Shown piece by piece: positions 30,393 to 39,557 of a stretch of DNA of 64,000 nucleotides (positions are counted from its first letter, which is position 1; each line of letters starts with the position of its first letter). Source of the stretch: an uncultured bacterium. Lineage in GTDB: Bacteria > Auribacterota > Erginobacteria > Erginobacterales > Erginobacteraceae. The notes below the pieces were generated by a model. That model did no database searches. It saw only the letters and a list, made by a program, of their open reading frames with translations, and was not told the origin of the DNA. The position numbers were made by a program, and so were the translations under genes. The stretch is taken from NCBI GenBank assembly GCA_963822585.1, contig CAWGIE010000019.1, positions 352,001 through 416,000 on the forward strand. The letters are read 5' to 3'.

Positions 30393-31124
30393 TTACGCTG
30401 CGTCTCCCGAGAGGGTGTATATCTCTTCCCGCATCGTGGTCAATTTCCCGAAGCAGAGGAGAACATCCCCCAAAAGGATTTCCGTGTCCGCCGCCGGGTT
30501 GGGAATAGACTTCTTCCCCCGTTCGATAACCAGGACGGTGATACCCTGTTTCCTCATGCCCGCTTCACTCAAGGTCTTGTTCAGTACCGGGCTCGCCTTC
30601 TCAACTTCCACCCGGGAGACTCCGTAGCCGCCCGGCGCTACGAATACTTCTTCGAACGATTCCGGGATGATAATTTGTTTCTTGACCAGCTTTTTCTTAA
30701 CCAGGGCGGTGACCTTTTTGGCCAGTTTTGTGTTCGGCACAAACCGGAAAAGGGCATAAATGGCCAGGATCGAGATGACCAGGTTGATCCAGGGCAACAG
30801 GCCGGGGGGGACAACCGACCGGAGGAAGGGGAGATCAAAGTGGGAAAGAAATACATTCGGCCGCAGGGAGTTGGCAAAGGTGGCGATCATGGCCACAAAG
30901 CCGGCGTGGCCACCGATGATCAGATAGGTCGCGATTCTCCGGCGGCGGGGGCTGGCAACGACCAGTTCCGACTCCCGGGTGGTAAAACCGGTCCCGGTAA
31001 AACAGGACACCGCCTGGAACTTGGCCACGGTCCATTCCATCCCGGTCAGGTTGAAGGCGACGGCGCCGATCCGGACGACAACAAGTGAAACAACGATTGT
31101 TACAAGAAAGAGAAGGACATTCAT
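30393..31124 (-). CDS. Membrane protein with TrkA-C (RCK_C) domain
   Basis: AKFQAVSCFTGTGFTTRESE; C-terminal LVIERG...PNPAADTEILLGDVLLCFG. Confidence 0.88.
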   Translation of the reverse strand: MNVLLFLVTIVVSLVVVRIGAVAFNLTGMEWTVAKFQAVSCFTGTGFTTRESELVVASPRRRRIATYLIIGGHAGFVAMIATFANSLRPNVFLSHFDLPFLRSVVPPGLLPWINLVISILAIYALFRFVPNTKLAKKVTALVKKKLVKKQIIIPESFEEVFVAPGGYGVSRVEVEKASPVLNKTLSEAGMRKQGITVLVIERGKKSIPNPAADTEILLGDVLLCFGKLTTMREEIYTLSGDAA

Positions 31125-31197
31125 AAGATATTCCCTTTGCGGTTATCCACTCTCCGATAAATGGAAATTCAATTAATCAACAACAGACAATAATATG

Positions 31198-31361
31198 AAT
31201 GACGAAATTCGAATGACGAATGACTAATGAAATCCAAATGATGAATGAACAAATTCCCTATTTCCCTCCTGGTAAGCGGCACGGGCCACCTGAGCTCATT
31301 TGGTTATTCAATATTAGTTTTTCGTCATTCTTTCGGCATTCGTCATTCGGATTTCGTCATT
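31198..31361. repeat. Inverted arms of 7-bp tandem units (cargo-less element)
   Basis: AATGACGAAATTCGAATGACGAATG (31198-31222) versus CATTCGTCATTCGGATTTCGTCATT (31337-31361), 1 mismatch. Confidence 0.85.
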
Positions 31362-31382
31362 AATAGCGCTGAAGGCGCTCAT

Positions 31383-32267
31383 TTACCGGGTGACCGGGAT
31401 ATCCCCGGTGCTCCCGTAGTAATAGCGGTTACCCAGTCGGATGGCCCAGAGGCCGGAACTTTCCCGGAAGACGGCGATGTCGTCACCGAAATCCCCCTGA
31501 TAATTGGCCGGAACCGGCTGATCCGAGGGGCCACCGAAGTAGAACCGGGCTACACTGGGAAGGGCGATGGCCCACAGACCGCTGGAGGGCCGGTAGATGG
31601 CCGCGTTCCATTCGCCGGCATCATTGTAATCTCCGGGAACGGGGATATCGCCGCTCTGGCCGAAATAGAGCCGGGTCGAGGTATCCCGGAGAGCCCAGAG
31701 GCCGGTTGCCGGACGGAAGATGGCGGCATAGTATGAATCAGAGATTAAGAAATATTTCCCCGGGACCGGTTGATCGGCCGCGCTGCCGAAATAGAAGCGG
31801 CTTAACCCGTTGAGGGCCCAGAGTCCGAGGGAAGGGCGAAAGACGGCGATGTCGGTGACCCAGTCGCCGTCATAATCGGAGGGGACCGGAATATCGCCGG
31901 AGGCGCCGAAATAACGGCGGCTGATCCCGCGAACCGCCCAGAGACCGAGTGAAGGGCGGAAGATGGCGATGTCGGTGGTCAAATCGCCGTCATAGTCTCC
32001 GGGAACGGGAATATCGCCGGCGGTTCCGAAGTAGCAGCGGGTAAAACCCCGGACCGCCCAGAGACCGGCATTTTCCCGGAAGACGGCGATATCGGCGTCA
32101 CCGTTGCCGTTATAATCTCCTCCGGCCAGCACCCGGTAACCGAAAGACACGGGTGTGGGGGCGTAGGCGGGGCCAGCGTCGCTCCCCGAGGAAGGAGACC
32201 CGCTCGTCGCTCCACCGGCCGCTACCATCAGACAGAGACATACAGTGAGGGTAATAACATATCTCAT
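31383..32267 (-). CDS. Secreted protein made almost entirely of six FG-GAP/VCBS-like repeats
   Basis: Start MRYVITL (SD GGAGG); GDYxGDxxxDIAxFRPxxGLWAxRGxxRxYFG repeats; ends GDIPVTR. Confidence 0.88.
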   Translation of the reverse strand: MRYVITLTVCLCLMVAAGGATSGSPSSGSDAGPAYAPTPVSFGYRVLAGGDYNGNGDADIAVFRENAGLWAVRGFTRCYFGTAGDIPVPGDYDGDLTTDIAIFRPSLGLWAVRGISRRYFGASGDIPVPSDYDGDWVTDIAVFRPSLGLWALNGLSRFYFGSAADQPVPGKYFLISDSYYAAIFRPATGLWALRDTSTRLYFGQSGDIPVPGDYNDAGEWNAAIYRPSSGLWAIALPSVARFYFGGPSDQPVPANYQGDFGDDIAVFRESSGLWAIRLGNRYYYGSTGDIPVTR

Positions 32268-32630
32268 TTTCCCGCCCTCCCGTGTTTTGATGATACGGAT
32301 ATCGTCATGCAGTATAAAACCGAATGTCGTTTTGACTGTACCGTGATTACGCTCCTTTGTTAAGAACATTTTAACCGGGATATCTCCGGTTACCCTCCGT
32401 AATACTGAATAGCCCCCAAACCGTCACCGGGTAAATATTTTTGGTTCTCTTCCATTTTTTTAACGGCTTTAACCCGATTAATTCATAAAATTGAAAATTT
32501 TCATGAATAATCCAGGTTAAGTCTGATAATTATCTCGAAAAACAATTGAGTATCCGGGAATTCTTTCATATATTTTTCACATATCATCCGGCAACGTAGT
32601 AAATCAGCCGGGAAAGAAGCCCTGAATCCT

Positions 32631-35228
32631 ATGAAGAATCGGGTTTTCGGAACAAGGATCTTGCTCGGCGGCATCCTGCTCGCGGCCTTCCTGATCCGTT
32701 TCTGGGGCATCGCCTTCGACAACCCCGAGGATCTGGCCAACCCCGACGCCGGGTTCTACCTCCGGTTCATCGACTGCTTTTACCGGGGACACTTCGATCC
32801 GCACTTTGCCGCCACCAAGTACCACGGCCTTCTTTATCCCTACTTCGCTCTCTACCTGATGGCTTTCACGGGACGGATTTTCATCTTCTTCAAGTATATC
32901 TGGTGTATCCTGGCCTGGATGGCCGCCGGGCGGTTGGTACCGTCACCGGTCCCTTTCCTCCCGGCGGAACGCGTCCTGGTCTTCCGGACTTTCCAGGTCC
33001 TGCTTTCGGTCGTCCTGGTTTACCTGGTTTACCGCCTGGGGAAGCTTCTCTGGGGCGAGCGGGCGGGGATGATCGGGGCGGCCCTTGCCGCTTTCGCTCC
33101 CCAGCTGGTCAACCACGCCCGGGTCATCCAGTGCGATGTCACGCTCGCTCTTTTCACCACGCTCACGGTGCTCTTCAGCGTGCGGCTGGCCCGGGAAAAA
33201 AGGTTGCGGTGGTACCTGCTGGCCGGACTGACAGCGGGGCTGGCGGTCGGCGCCAAGCATAACGGGATTCTGGTCCTGATGGTTCCCCTGGCTGCCCTTT
33301 TTTTCGGAAGCAAAACCCCGGGGTACGGCACATGGTGGAAAGGTCTGCTCCTCATCTTCATTGCTTTTCTGGCCGGATTGTTCATATCTTATCCGGTCGT
33401 CTGGATGGAGCCCCGGCTCTTCTGCAGGCTCCTGCCCGAGTACCGGAATTACCTGAAGTCATTCGACCCGGCGCCGGGGACATTCTGGGAGCAACGCTGG
33501 TTCAACCTGCTGAATTTCGGTTACCGGATAGGGTCCCAGCTTTACGGGATGGGGCCGTGGATTCTCCTCCTCGGGGCCGGCGGACTGATCCTTTCTTTTT
33601 TCTCCGGAAGAGCGGACCGCCGGATCTTGGCCGGCTTCGTACTCATCTACTGTATCCTCATTCTCTCCTGCCGTCAGAGTGTCCGCCCCAAAGACCTTCT
33701 CCCGGCCAACCTCCTCCTCTGCCCGCTGGCTGCCGCCTTTATCATCTGGTGCGTCGACCGGCTGCGAATTCGCCCCTCCCGGCGCGGCATCATCGCGGCG
33801 GCCGTGACCGTGCTCGTCATCGTCCCTTCCCTCCGGTCGGACGTGATCGTCGCTTACTTTGCCGCCGCTCCCGATACCCGCGATTTGGCCGCGGACTGGA
33901 TCGCGGAAAATATCCCTCCCGGAAAGTGGATCGCCAAAGAGCACTACGGCCCCCCCATTTCCAACGGCCGGTACCGGCTGACCAAGATCCCGTTCCTCTG
34001 CTACCGCTCGCTCTCCCGGTACCAAGAGCCCGGGGTGGATTACCTGGTGTCCAACAGCGGCGCCTACCAGCGGTTCTTCGATCCCTTCGATCCCTGCCGG
34101 GACGAGAACGCCCGGCATTTTTACCGGTCACTGGACAACGGAGGCGCGCTTCAGAAAAGTTTCTTCACCGAGAACTACGCCTTCATCAACCCGGTCATCC
34201 GGGTCTTCAACCTGAAGAGACGGGACCAGGCCTGGTCGTGGAAAAAACTGCTTTTAAGGGACCTGGATTTTTCCTACTCCGACTCCTCTCCTCGAATCAT
34301 GATCCTGGAAGACGATCTCGGCTACGAGGGGAAGAGCGGTTTCCGCCTTATGCCCGGGGATGAGGAAGACCGTCTGATCATTGCCTCCCGGCCACTGCCC
34401 CGGATTGGCATCCGGATTTACCCGGGGAACGTACCGGTCCGGGTGAAGGTGAAGGTCGGCACACAGATGCAGAGTCTCACACTCACGTCCACCGAGCCGA
34501 CTGTTTTCTTTTTCTCGCCCCGGATTTCCTTTCCCTTCCTCCGTTACTGTTACCGGGTCCGGGTCAAGGCATTGGGGGATTACCCCCTCCTGGTCAAAAT
34601 CCTCACCTCTCCCCGCCGACTGGAGCGGGAAGATCAAGCAGATAGCGATACTACCGGGCGGGAATTATCCTGCCCGGCGGATGAGGGGGCATTCAACCTC
34701 TGGTTTGCCGAGTTTTTCGGGGAGGATCCACAGTGGTGGAGAAATAAGTACACCCGTTCTTTCGAAGCGGAACGGCTCGTTACCCCGCCACGGCCGCCAA
34801 TCGCCGACGCGGATGCTTCCGGCGGTTCCGCCGTTGACTGCTCCGATGAGGGCGAAATACCCAGCTGCGTTTTCGGGGGAGGCGATCTGCTGATCCCCTC
34901 TTCTCATTGGACGGCCGTCATCTACCTCAGGGCCGAAGGAGTGGGGGAGGGAGAAGCCATCGGGAGGATCGAGCTGGGTAAGATGAGCGGGGAAGTACTG
35001 GCTGACAGGCTGTTGCGGCCGACTGACTTGGCGCCCGGATTCGGTTATACTTCCATCAGGCTGCCGTTTCACAACGATATTCTGGGCGGGGACATCATCC
35101 TGACAATACATCCGGCAGCGGGTACCCGTCTGCTCCTCGACCGGGTGGCATTCGTCCCTGACCTGGCCGCCTGGTTTCGCTCACGCGACTATCAACCAAC
35201 CGGGCCCTCAAAGAAAGAAAACGATTAA
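32631..35228 (+). CDS. GT-C fold (family 39-like) glycosyltransferase with large extracytoplasmic C-terminus
   Basis: IRFWGI...NPD, LVYRLGK, LAVGAKHNG and DTRDLAADWIAENIPPG motifs; multiple TM helices. Confidence 0.85.
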   Translation: MKNRVFGTRILLGGILLAAFLIRFWGIAFDNPEDLANPDAGFYLRFIDCFYRGHFDPHFAATKYHGLLYPYFALYLMAFTGRIFIFFKYIWCILAWMAAGRLVPSPVPFLPAERVLVFRTFQVLLSVVLVYLVYRLGKLLWGERAGMIGAALAAFAPQLVNHARVIQCDVTLALFTTLTVLFSVRLAREKRLRWYLLAGLTAGLAVGAKHNGILVLMVPLAALFFGSKTPGYGTWWKGLLLIFIAFLAGLFISYPVVWMEPRLFCRLLPEYRNYLKSFDPAPGTFWEQRWFNLLNFGYRIGSQLYGMGPWILLLGAGGLILSFFSGRADRRILAGFVLIYCILILSCRQSVRPKDLLPANLLLCPLAAAFIIWCVDRLRIRPSRRGIIAAAVTVLVIVPSLRSDVIVAYFAAAPDTRDLAADWIAENIPPGKWIAKEHYGPPISNGRYRLTKIPFLCYRSLSRYQEPGVDYLVSNSGAYQRFFDPFDPCRDENARHFYRSLDNGGALQKSFFTENYAFINPVIRVFNLKRRDQAWSWKKLLLRDLDFSYSDSSPRIMILEDDLGYEGKSGFRLMPGDEEDRLIIASRPLPRIGIRIYPGNVPVRVKVKVGTQMQSLTLTSTEPTVFFFSPRISFPFLRYCYRVRVKALGDYPLLVKILTSPRRLEREDQADSDTTGRELSCPADEGAFNLWFAEFFGEDPQWWRNKYTRSFEAERLVTPPRPPIADADASGGSAVDCSDEGEIPSCVFGGGDLLIPSSHWTAVIYLRAEGVGEGEAIGRIELGKMSGEVLADRLLRPTDLAPGFGYTSIRLPFHNDILGGDIILTIHPAAGTRLLLDRVAFVPDLAAWFRSRDYQPTGPSKKEND

Positions 35229-35485
35229 AAGGGAGAGATGCCTCCTTTTTTCAGATCGGCGATCTCGCTCCGGAGTTCCGCTATCTCCGCCTGCTGTTCC
35301 CTGACCAGCTCGACCAGGTAAAGGGTTATCCGCTCGTATTTGAGGCCGTCCGGGCTCCCAGAGGCCGGACGGGGGACGGAAGACGGCCGTCTCGTCTTTC
35401 CCGTCCCCGGAAAAGTCAACGGCGAAGACGATACCGCCCCAGCTCAGGGAGAACAAAACCGCCGTAATGATAACCCTTTCTTCAT
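35225..35485 (-). pseudogene. Internally deleted fibre-like surface protein gene
   Basis: SD AAGGAG + ATG 35485; signal peptide and DFSGDGKDETAVFRPPSGLW joined out of frame to PDGLKYERITLYLVELVREQQAEIAELRSEIADLK (peptidase S74 chaperone-like tail). Confidence 0.7.
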
Positions 35486-35571
35486 CTGAAGTCTCCTTAT
35501 TCAGGGTACCGGGAATTCGATTGCCCTTCTCCATGGACAGGATGGCTGATGACCGGTCGCACCCTAAAAGA

Positions 35572-36330
35572 TCACCAGCAGTTATGCCACGTGGATCCGT
35601 CATAGCAGCGAAGTTTCTTCATACTGCCATCGTAATACAGATCACCCTCCCCGGGGGCGGCAGGCGGGGCGAGCAGAGGCTCCAACCGCACGAGGCCGTT
35701 GACGTGGAGTTTCCTCATCGGCGGATGAATCCCGATGCCGACATTGCCGGTAGACGACTGGATAGTCACCTTATCGCCGCCCTCGTAAAACCGGAGGTCG
35801 CTGGTGGCGGCGTCCATGTAGACGGCCCAGTCGTAAAAACCTACTGCCGTTTTAAAATTGAGTTCCGGGTTTGAGCTGGAAGCCTCGATCAGAAGCCGGG
35901 GATTGCTCCCAACCAGGTGCAATTTATACTGCGGAGCACCGGTCCCGATGCCGATATTTCCCGCCGCCAGCGCGCAGAGATTATTGCCAGCGCGGTACCA
36001 GTCTCCATCGGAACCCCCGCTCCCTCCGATCGGAAGGTCGCCGGAGGACCCGAAATAAACCCGGGAGACCCCCCGCAGCGCCCAGAGTCCGGCGGTCGCC
36101 CGGTAGATCCCCACCTCATCGGCGCCGTCCCCGTTATAGTCTCCCGGCACCGGCTCGTCGTTCCAGGTGCCGTAATAAATCCGGGAGAACCCCCGGATCG
36201 CCCAGAGGCCGCTGGACGGACGGAAGATCGCCACATCGTCCGTTCCATCGCCGTTGAAATCGCCGGGCGGGGAGAGGAGTCCCCAGCTCGCACCGATGAC
36301 GATTAAAATACCTATGGTCCAGTTCCTCAT
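35572..36330 (-). CDS. Secreted protein with two FG-GAP-like repeats and GNVGIG fibre-like repeats
   Basis: Signal peptide; GDFNGDGTDD and GDYNGDGADE; GNIGIGTGAPQYKLHLVG, GNVGIGIHPPMRKLHVNG; EGDLYYD...LRCYDGSTW. Confidence 0.8.
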   Translation of the reverse strand: MRNWTIGILIVIGASWGLLSPPGDFNGDGTDDVAIFRPSSGLWAIRGFSRIYYGTWNDEPVPGDYNGDGADEVGIYRATAGLWALRGVSRVYFGSSGDLPIGGSGGSDGDWYRAGNNLCALAAGNIGIGTGAPQYKLHLVGSNPRLLIEASSSNPELNFKTAVGFYDWAVYMDAATSDLRFYEGGDKVTIQSSTGNVGIGIHPPMRKLHVNGLVRLEPLLAPPAAPGEGDLYYDGSMKKLRCYDGSTWHNCW

Positions 36331-36587
36331 TTTCCCTCCTCCTTTTTTATTACTTTACCTCTTTGAAGGGCCTTGTATTTTCAGCATATCATATCTATTC
36401 CGCCGGCGCAACGCGCACCCCGACAGGGATTAGCCCGTCCCGTTCGATATCCGCGAAATGAGTACACGCGCTCTTCAACAGCCTGTTGCTTCGGAATTTC
36501 AATAATCTTATTTTTCCTCCGGAAAAATAAGAATGTGCAAGCATTGATCCGACAGTACAGGGATATTTTAAAGATAAATTCGTGTAA

Positions 36588-36611
36588 TCCTTCGGCTACG
36601 CTCAGGACAAG
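36588..36611. repeat. REP-like short repeat
   Basis: TCCTTCGGCTACGCTCAGGACAAG; reverse complement matches the unit at 3853-3903. Confidence 0.65.
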
Positions 36612-36738
36612 TTTCGCGTAATTCGTAGTTTTATTTAGTCGCCCGAGCCCCGGTAAACCGGGGTAGACTGCGCGAGGGCTAAGTTCTTTATAAAGTATAG
36701 GAGAGAAGTCTGAAAAAGGTGTGACTGCTTAAGCCAAT

Positions 36739-38094
36739 CTAGGACCGGCCCGACTTCCGGTCTTTCCAGGCGGCAGCCAGTTCATCGAGATGAAAGACCT
36801 GGTAGAGGACAACCACCAGGATGGTGGTCGAGGAGAGGGGTTCGGCGAAAAATATCTGGAGCGCGTGGGGCATCCGTTCGAATACTCCGGGGACGAAACC
36901 GGTTCCGAGTCCGAGGATGAGCGAGATGCCGACGGCGAAGATTTTGCGCTGGTCGAACTTCTGGGAGAGCATCTCCTGGAGACCGGTACAGATCATGAAG
37001 GAGACGGCGAAGATCAGCGACGCGCCCACTACCGGCGCCGGTACCAGGGAAATGCCCAGGGAGAGCTTGGGGGAGAAGCCGAGAACGGCGAATATGATGC
37101 CGGCGCAGATGGCAATCCAACGGCTGACCGCCCCGGTGGCGGCCGCCAGGCCCACGTTGCTCGACGAGGTGTCCACCGCCATCGCCCCCATGCTCCCGGC
37201 CATGGCGGTGGTGAAGCCGTCGGCCAGAAGACCCCTGCTGATCGGCCCCATGTCCAGTTCCGCCAGTTCCGGCTCGGAGATCTTCTGGGCGGCGAGGAGA
37301 TTGCCGAACGACTTCAGTGAACCGCAGACAGCGATGATGAAAAAGGGTACCACCAGGCGATAAGAGAACCCGAGCTTGAGCTGATCCAGACGGTGAACCG
37401 GGAAGGCGACCCATGGCTCATGGATGATCCGCTTCAAATTGTCCAGCGCGTCGGGCTGCAGCCAGAGGGCGAGAAGCCAGCCGCAGGCCACGCCCAGAAG
37501 CAGGCAATACATCTTCACCGATCCCTTCCCCCAGATATTGGCGGCCACCATCACGGCCAGGGCGGCCGCCCCCACGCAGGCGTCCTGCCAGCCGAAACAG
37601 TCCCCCGCAAACCGGGTTCCGAAAAAGTTGGTCACGGAGACGGGGATGACGCTGATGCCCACCATCGTCACCGTCAACCCGGTCACAACGGGGGGGAAGA
37701 GGAACCGCAGGCGGCTGATCGCCTTGGCCAGCCCCATCTCCACCAGCCCGGCGAAGATGATCATTCCCCGCATCAGCGGAAACCCGCCGGTCCAGGCGGC
37801 CTGCATCGAGACTGAAAGGTAGGATGGCCCGCAGACGTTCGGGCAGAGATAGCCGCTCCCGAACCAGCGGGTGCGGCTGGCCTGAATGACGGAACCGATA
37901 CCGGCGGCGATCATGGTCAGGGCGACCATCGAGCTTGACTCCTCCAGGGAGCCGCCCACCTCGCGCACCAGCATGGCGGGAAAAGTGGCGGCGGTAAAGA
38001 GGAGCAGCATCTGCTGGAAGCTTAAAAGCAGCAGGTCCTTCCAGGGAGGGATATCGTTAACCCCATATATTATTTTTTGGTTATCTTGGGTCAT
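36739..38094 (-). CDS. NCS2 family nucleobase (uracil/xanthine) permease
   Basis: LRFLFPPVVTG, GLLADG and SSSNVGLAAATGAVSR motifs; many TM helices. Confidence 0.92.
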   Translation of the reverse strand: MTQDNQKIIYGVNDIPPWKDLLLLSFQQMLLLFTAATFPAMLVREVGGSLEESSSMVALTMIAAGIGSVIQASRTRWFGSGYLCPNVCGPSYLSVSMQAAWTGGFPLMRGMIIFAGLVEMGLAKAISRLRFLFPPVVTGLTVTMVGISVIPVSVTNFFGTRFAGDCFGWQDACVGAAALAVMVAANIWGKGSVKMYCLLLGVACGWLLALWLQPDALDNLKRIIHEPWVAFPVHRLDQLKLGFSYRLVVPFFIIAVCGSLKSFGNLLAAQKISEPELAELDMGPISRGLLADGFTTAMAGSMGAMAVDTSSSNVGLAAATGAVSRWIAICAGIIFAVLGFSPKLSLGISLVPAPVVGASLIFAVSFMICTGLQEMLSQKFDQRKIFAVGISLILGLGTGFVPGVFERMPHALQIFFAEPLSSTTILVVVLYQVFHLDELAAAWKDRKSGRS

Positions 38095-38127
38095 GTGACA
38101 ATAAATAAGATCAATTCAAAGCTAATA

Positions 38128-38362
38128 AATCCCAAATAACAAATCCCAAATCCCAAATTTCAAATAAATTCCAATGACCGAAACAAATCATGCCTACGTT
38201 GCATTCCTCATTTTTTTATACTTTTGTATTGATTTAAATGTCTTGTCCCTCAGCCAGATCGGAATGCTTATCTTTGAGAACAGATATGGATCAATGCTTT
38301 GTAATTTTGGTAATTGTGATTTTGAATTTATTTGTTATTTTGGTGCTTGTGATTTAGAATTT
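38128..38362. repeat. Inverted arms of degenerate 7-bp tandem units
   Basis: AAATCCC-AAATAAC-AAATCCC-AAATCCC-AAATTTC...CAATGACC versus GGTAATTG...ATTTGTTATTT...GATTTAGAATTT. Confidence 0.75.
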
Positions 38363-38393
38363 ACCGTTTGCCGGCAAAGCCGGTAAACGGTTT

Positions 38394-39356
38394 TCATCTC
38401 ATCCAGGCCGGGCGGGGTAGGGGGGAGATCGCCCCGACAATGACTTCTTCCCCGTCCATTGTCGCCCGGTGGCCGTAAATCCCTTCCTTGACCGGCTTGC
38501 TCCCCGTCTTCCCCCGCTTGAGGGTGATCACCCAGGCGGTTGGGGAGGTCTTCAGCTTATCGCTTAATTCCTTCATCGGGTAGCGGCCGCTCAGGTCCCG
38601 ATAGTCATAGAGGTTCCGCGGCGTCCCCAGGTAGAGACCGGGATCGATCAGGGCTAGACCCGCGCTATCGATGACGAAGACTCCTTTATCATGGATGGTA
38701 AACGGTCCGCTTAGGTCTTTCAGGACGAACAAACCCGCTTTTCCTTTCTCCTCCAGCAGTTCGGCCCCCTCGTCGACGATGATCCGGTAGAACTCCCGTT
38801 CCTGGAGCGGGGCGTCGATCCCGCTCCCGACGAAGACCCGGCGGCCGTCCGGCATGGTGACCGCAAAGTTACATGATGACTTCCAGGCCCCATCAAGAGA
38901 ACCCGGCGGAACCCAGAGGTAGTGGCTCCAGCCGTGGGGATTTATTGTCCGGTGTTTCTCCAGCTGGTCGATGATCAGCCGCGCGACCTTCTTGCCGTTC
39001 AGGTCGGTAAAATCAATCAGGTTCTCCCCGGTAAGATGCGGGTAGCCGCCGTGGAAGAGGTTAACACCGTTGAAGTCATAGACATAGAGATAGGAATTGC
39101 CGTCAAGGGACCACTTCTCCGGTTCTTGAGTGAACTCCTTAAATGCTTCTTTCCCTCTCTCCTCGACCAGGTCAGCCGCCCGCGCGGTCAGTGCCACCAG
39201 CCGCCGGGTATCCCGGTAGTCGTACATCCTCAGGTCGGTGGCCCGTTCCGTTGCGCGGATCCCGGGGAGTTGCCAGACGGCGAGAAGGATAACAATAACG
39301 AGCAGCGCCGCGACCATCAGGCGGCGCCCGGTTTGACCGTGCCCATCTTTCATCAT
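38394..39356 (-). CDS. Stand-alone tandem Cache-domain protein
   Basis: One N-terminal TM; YLYVYD...HG...GENLIDFTDLNGK...GWSHYLW...KSS...VGSG and a second similar unit; no cytoplasmic output domain. Confidence 0.82.
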   Translation of the reverse strand: MMKDGHGQTGRRLMVAALLVIVILLAVWQLPGIRATERATDLRMYDYRDTRRLVALTARAADLVEERGKEAFKEFTQEPEKWSLDGNSYLYVYDFNGVNLFHGGYPHLTGENLIDFTDLNGKKVARLIIDQLEKHRTINPHGWSHYLWVPPGSLDGAWKSSCNFAVTMPDGRRVFVGSGIDAPLQEREFYRIIVDEGAELLEEKGKAGLFVLKDLSGPFTIHDKGVFVIDSAGLALIDPGLYLGTPRNLYDYRDLSGRYPMKELSDKLKTSPTAWVITLKRGKTGSKPVKEGIYGHRATMDGEEVIVGAISPLPRPAWMR

Positions 39357-39557
39357 TTCAGGGATAATTCCCGGGATGCGGGGTTATATCACAGTGTAAC
39401 TGAATGAATCCGGGAAGATAATACCGGATAGCGCATTATTTTAAAAGACATTCATCACGCGGTATTGTATCTTCGGAATCCGGAGAATATCAGGGGGATA
39501 TCCCCGTCTAAATTACCGGACTCCAACCAGCCTCGGGAGAGAAGGAGGTGCAGAGAT

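Noticed and set aside
35225..36330. Prophage remnant
   Set aside because: The fibre-like genes carry signal peptides and host-type repeats; no integrase, capsid, terminase or other phage genes
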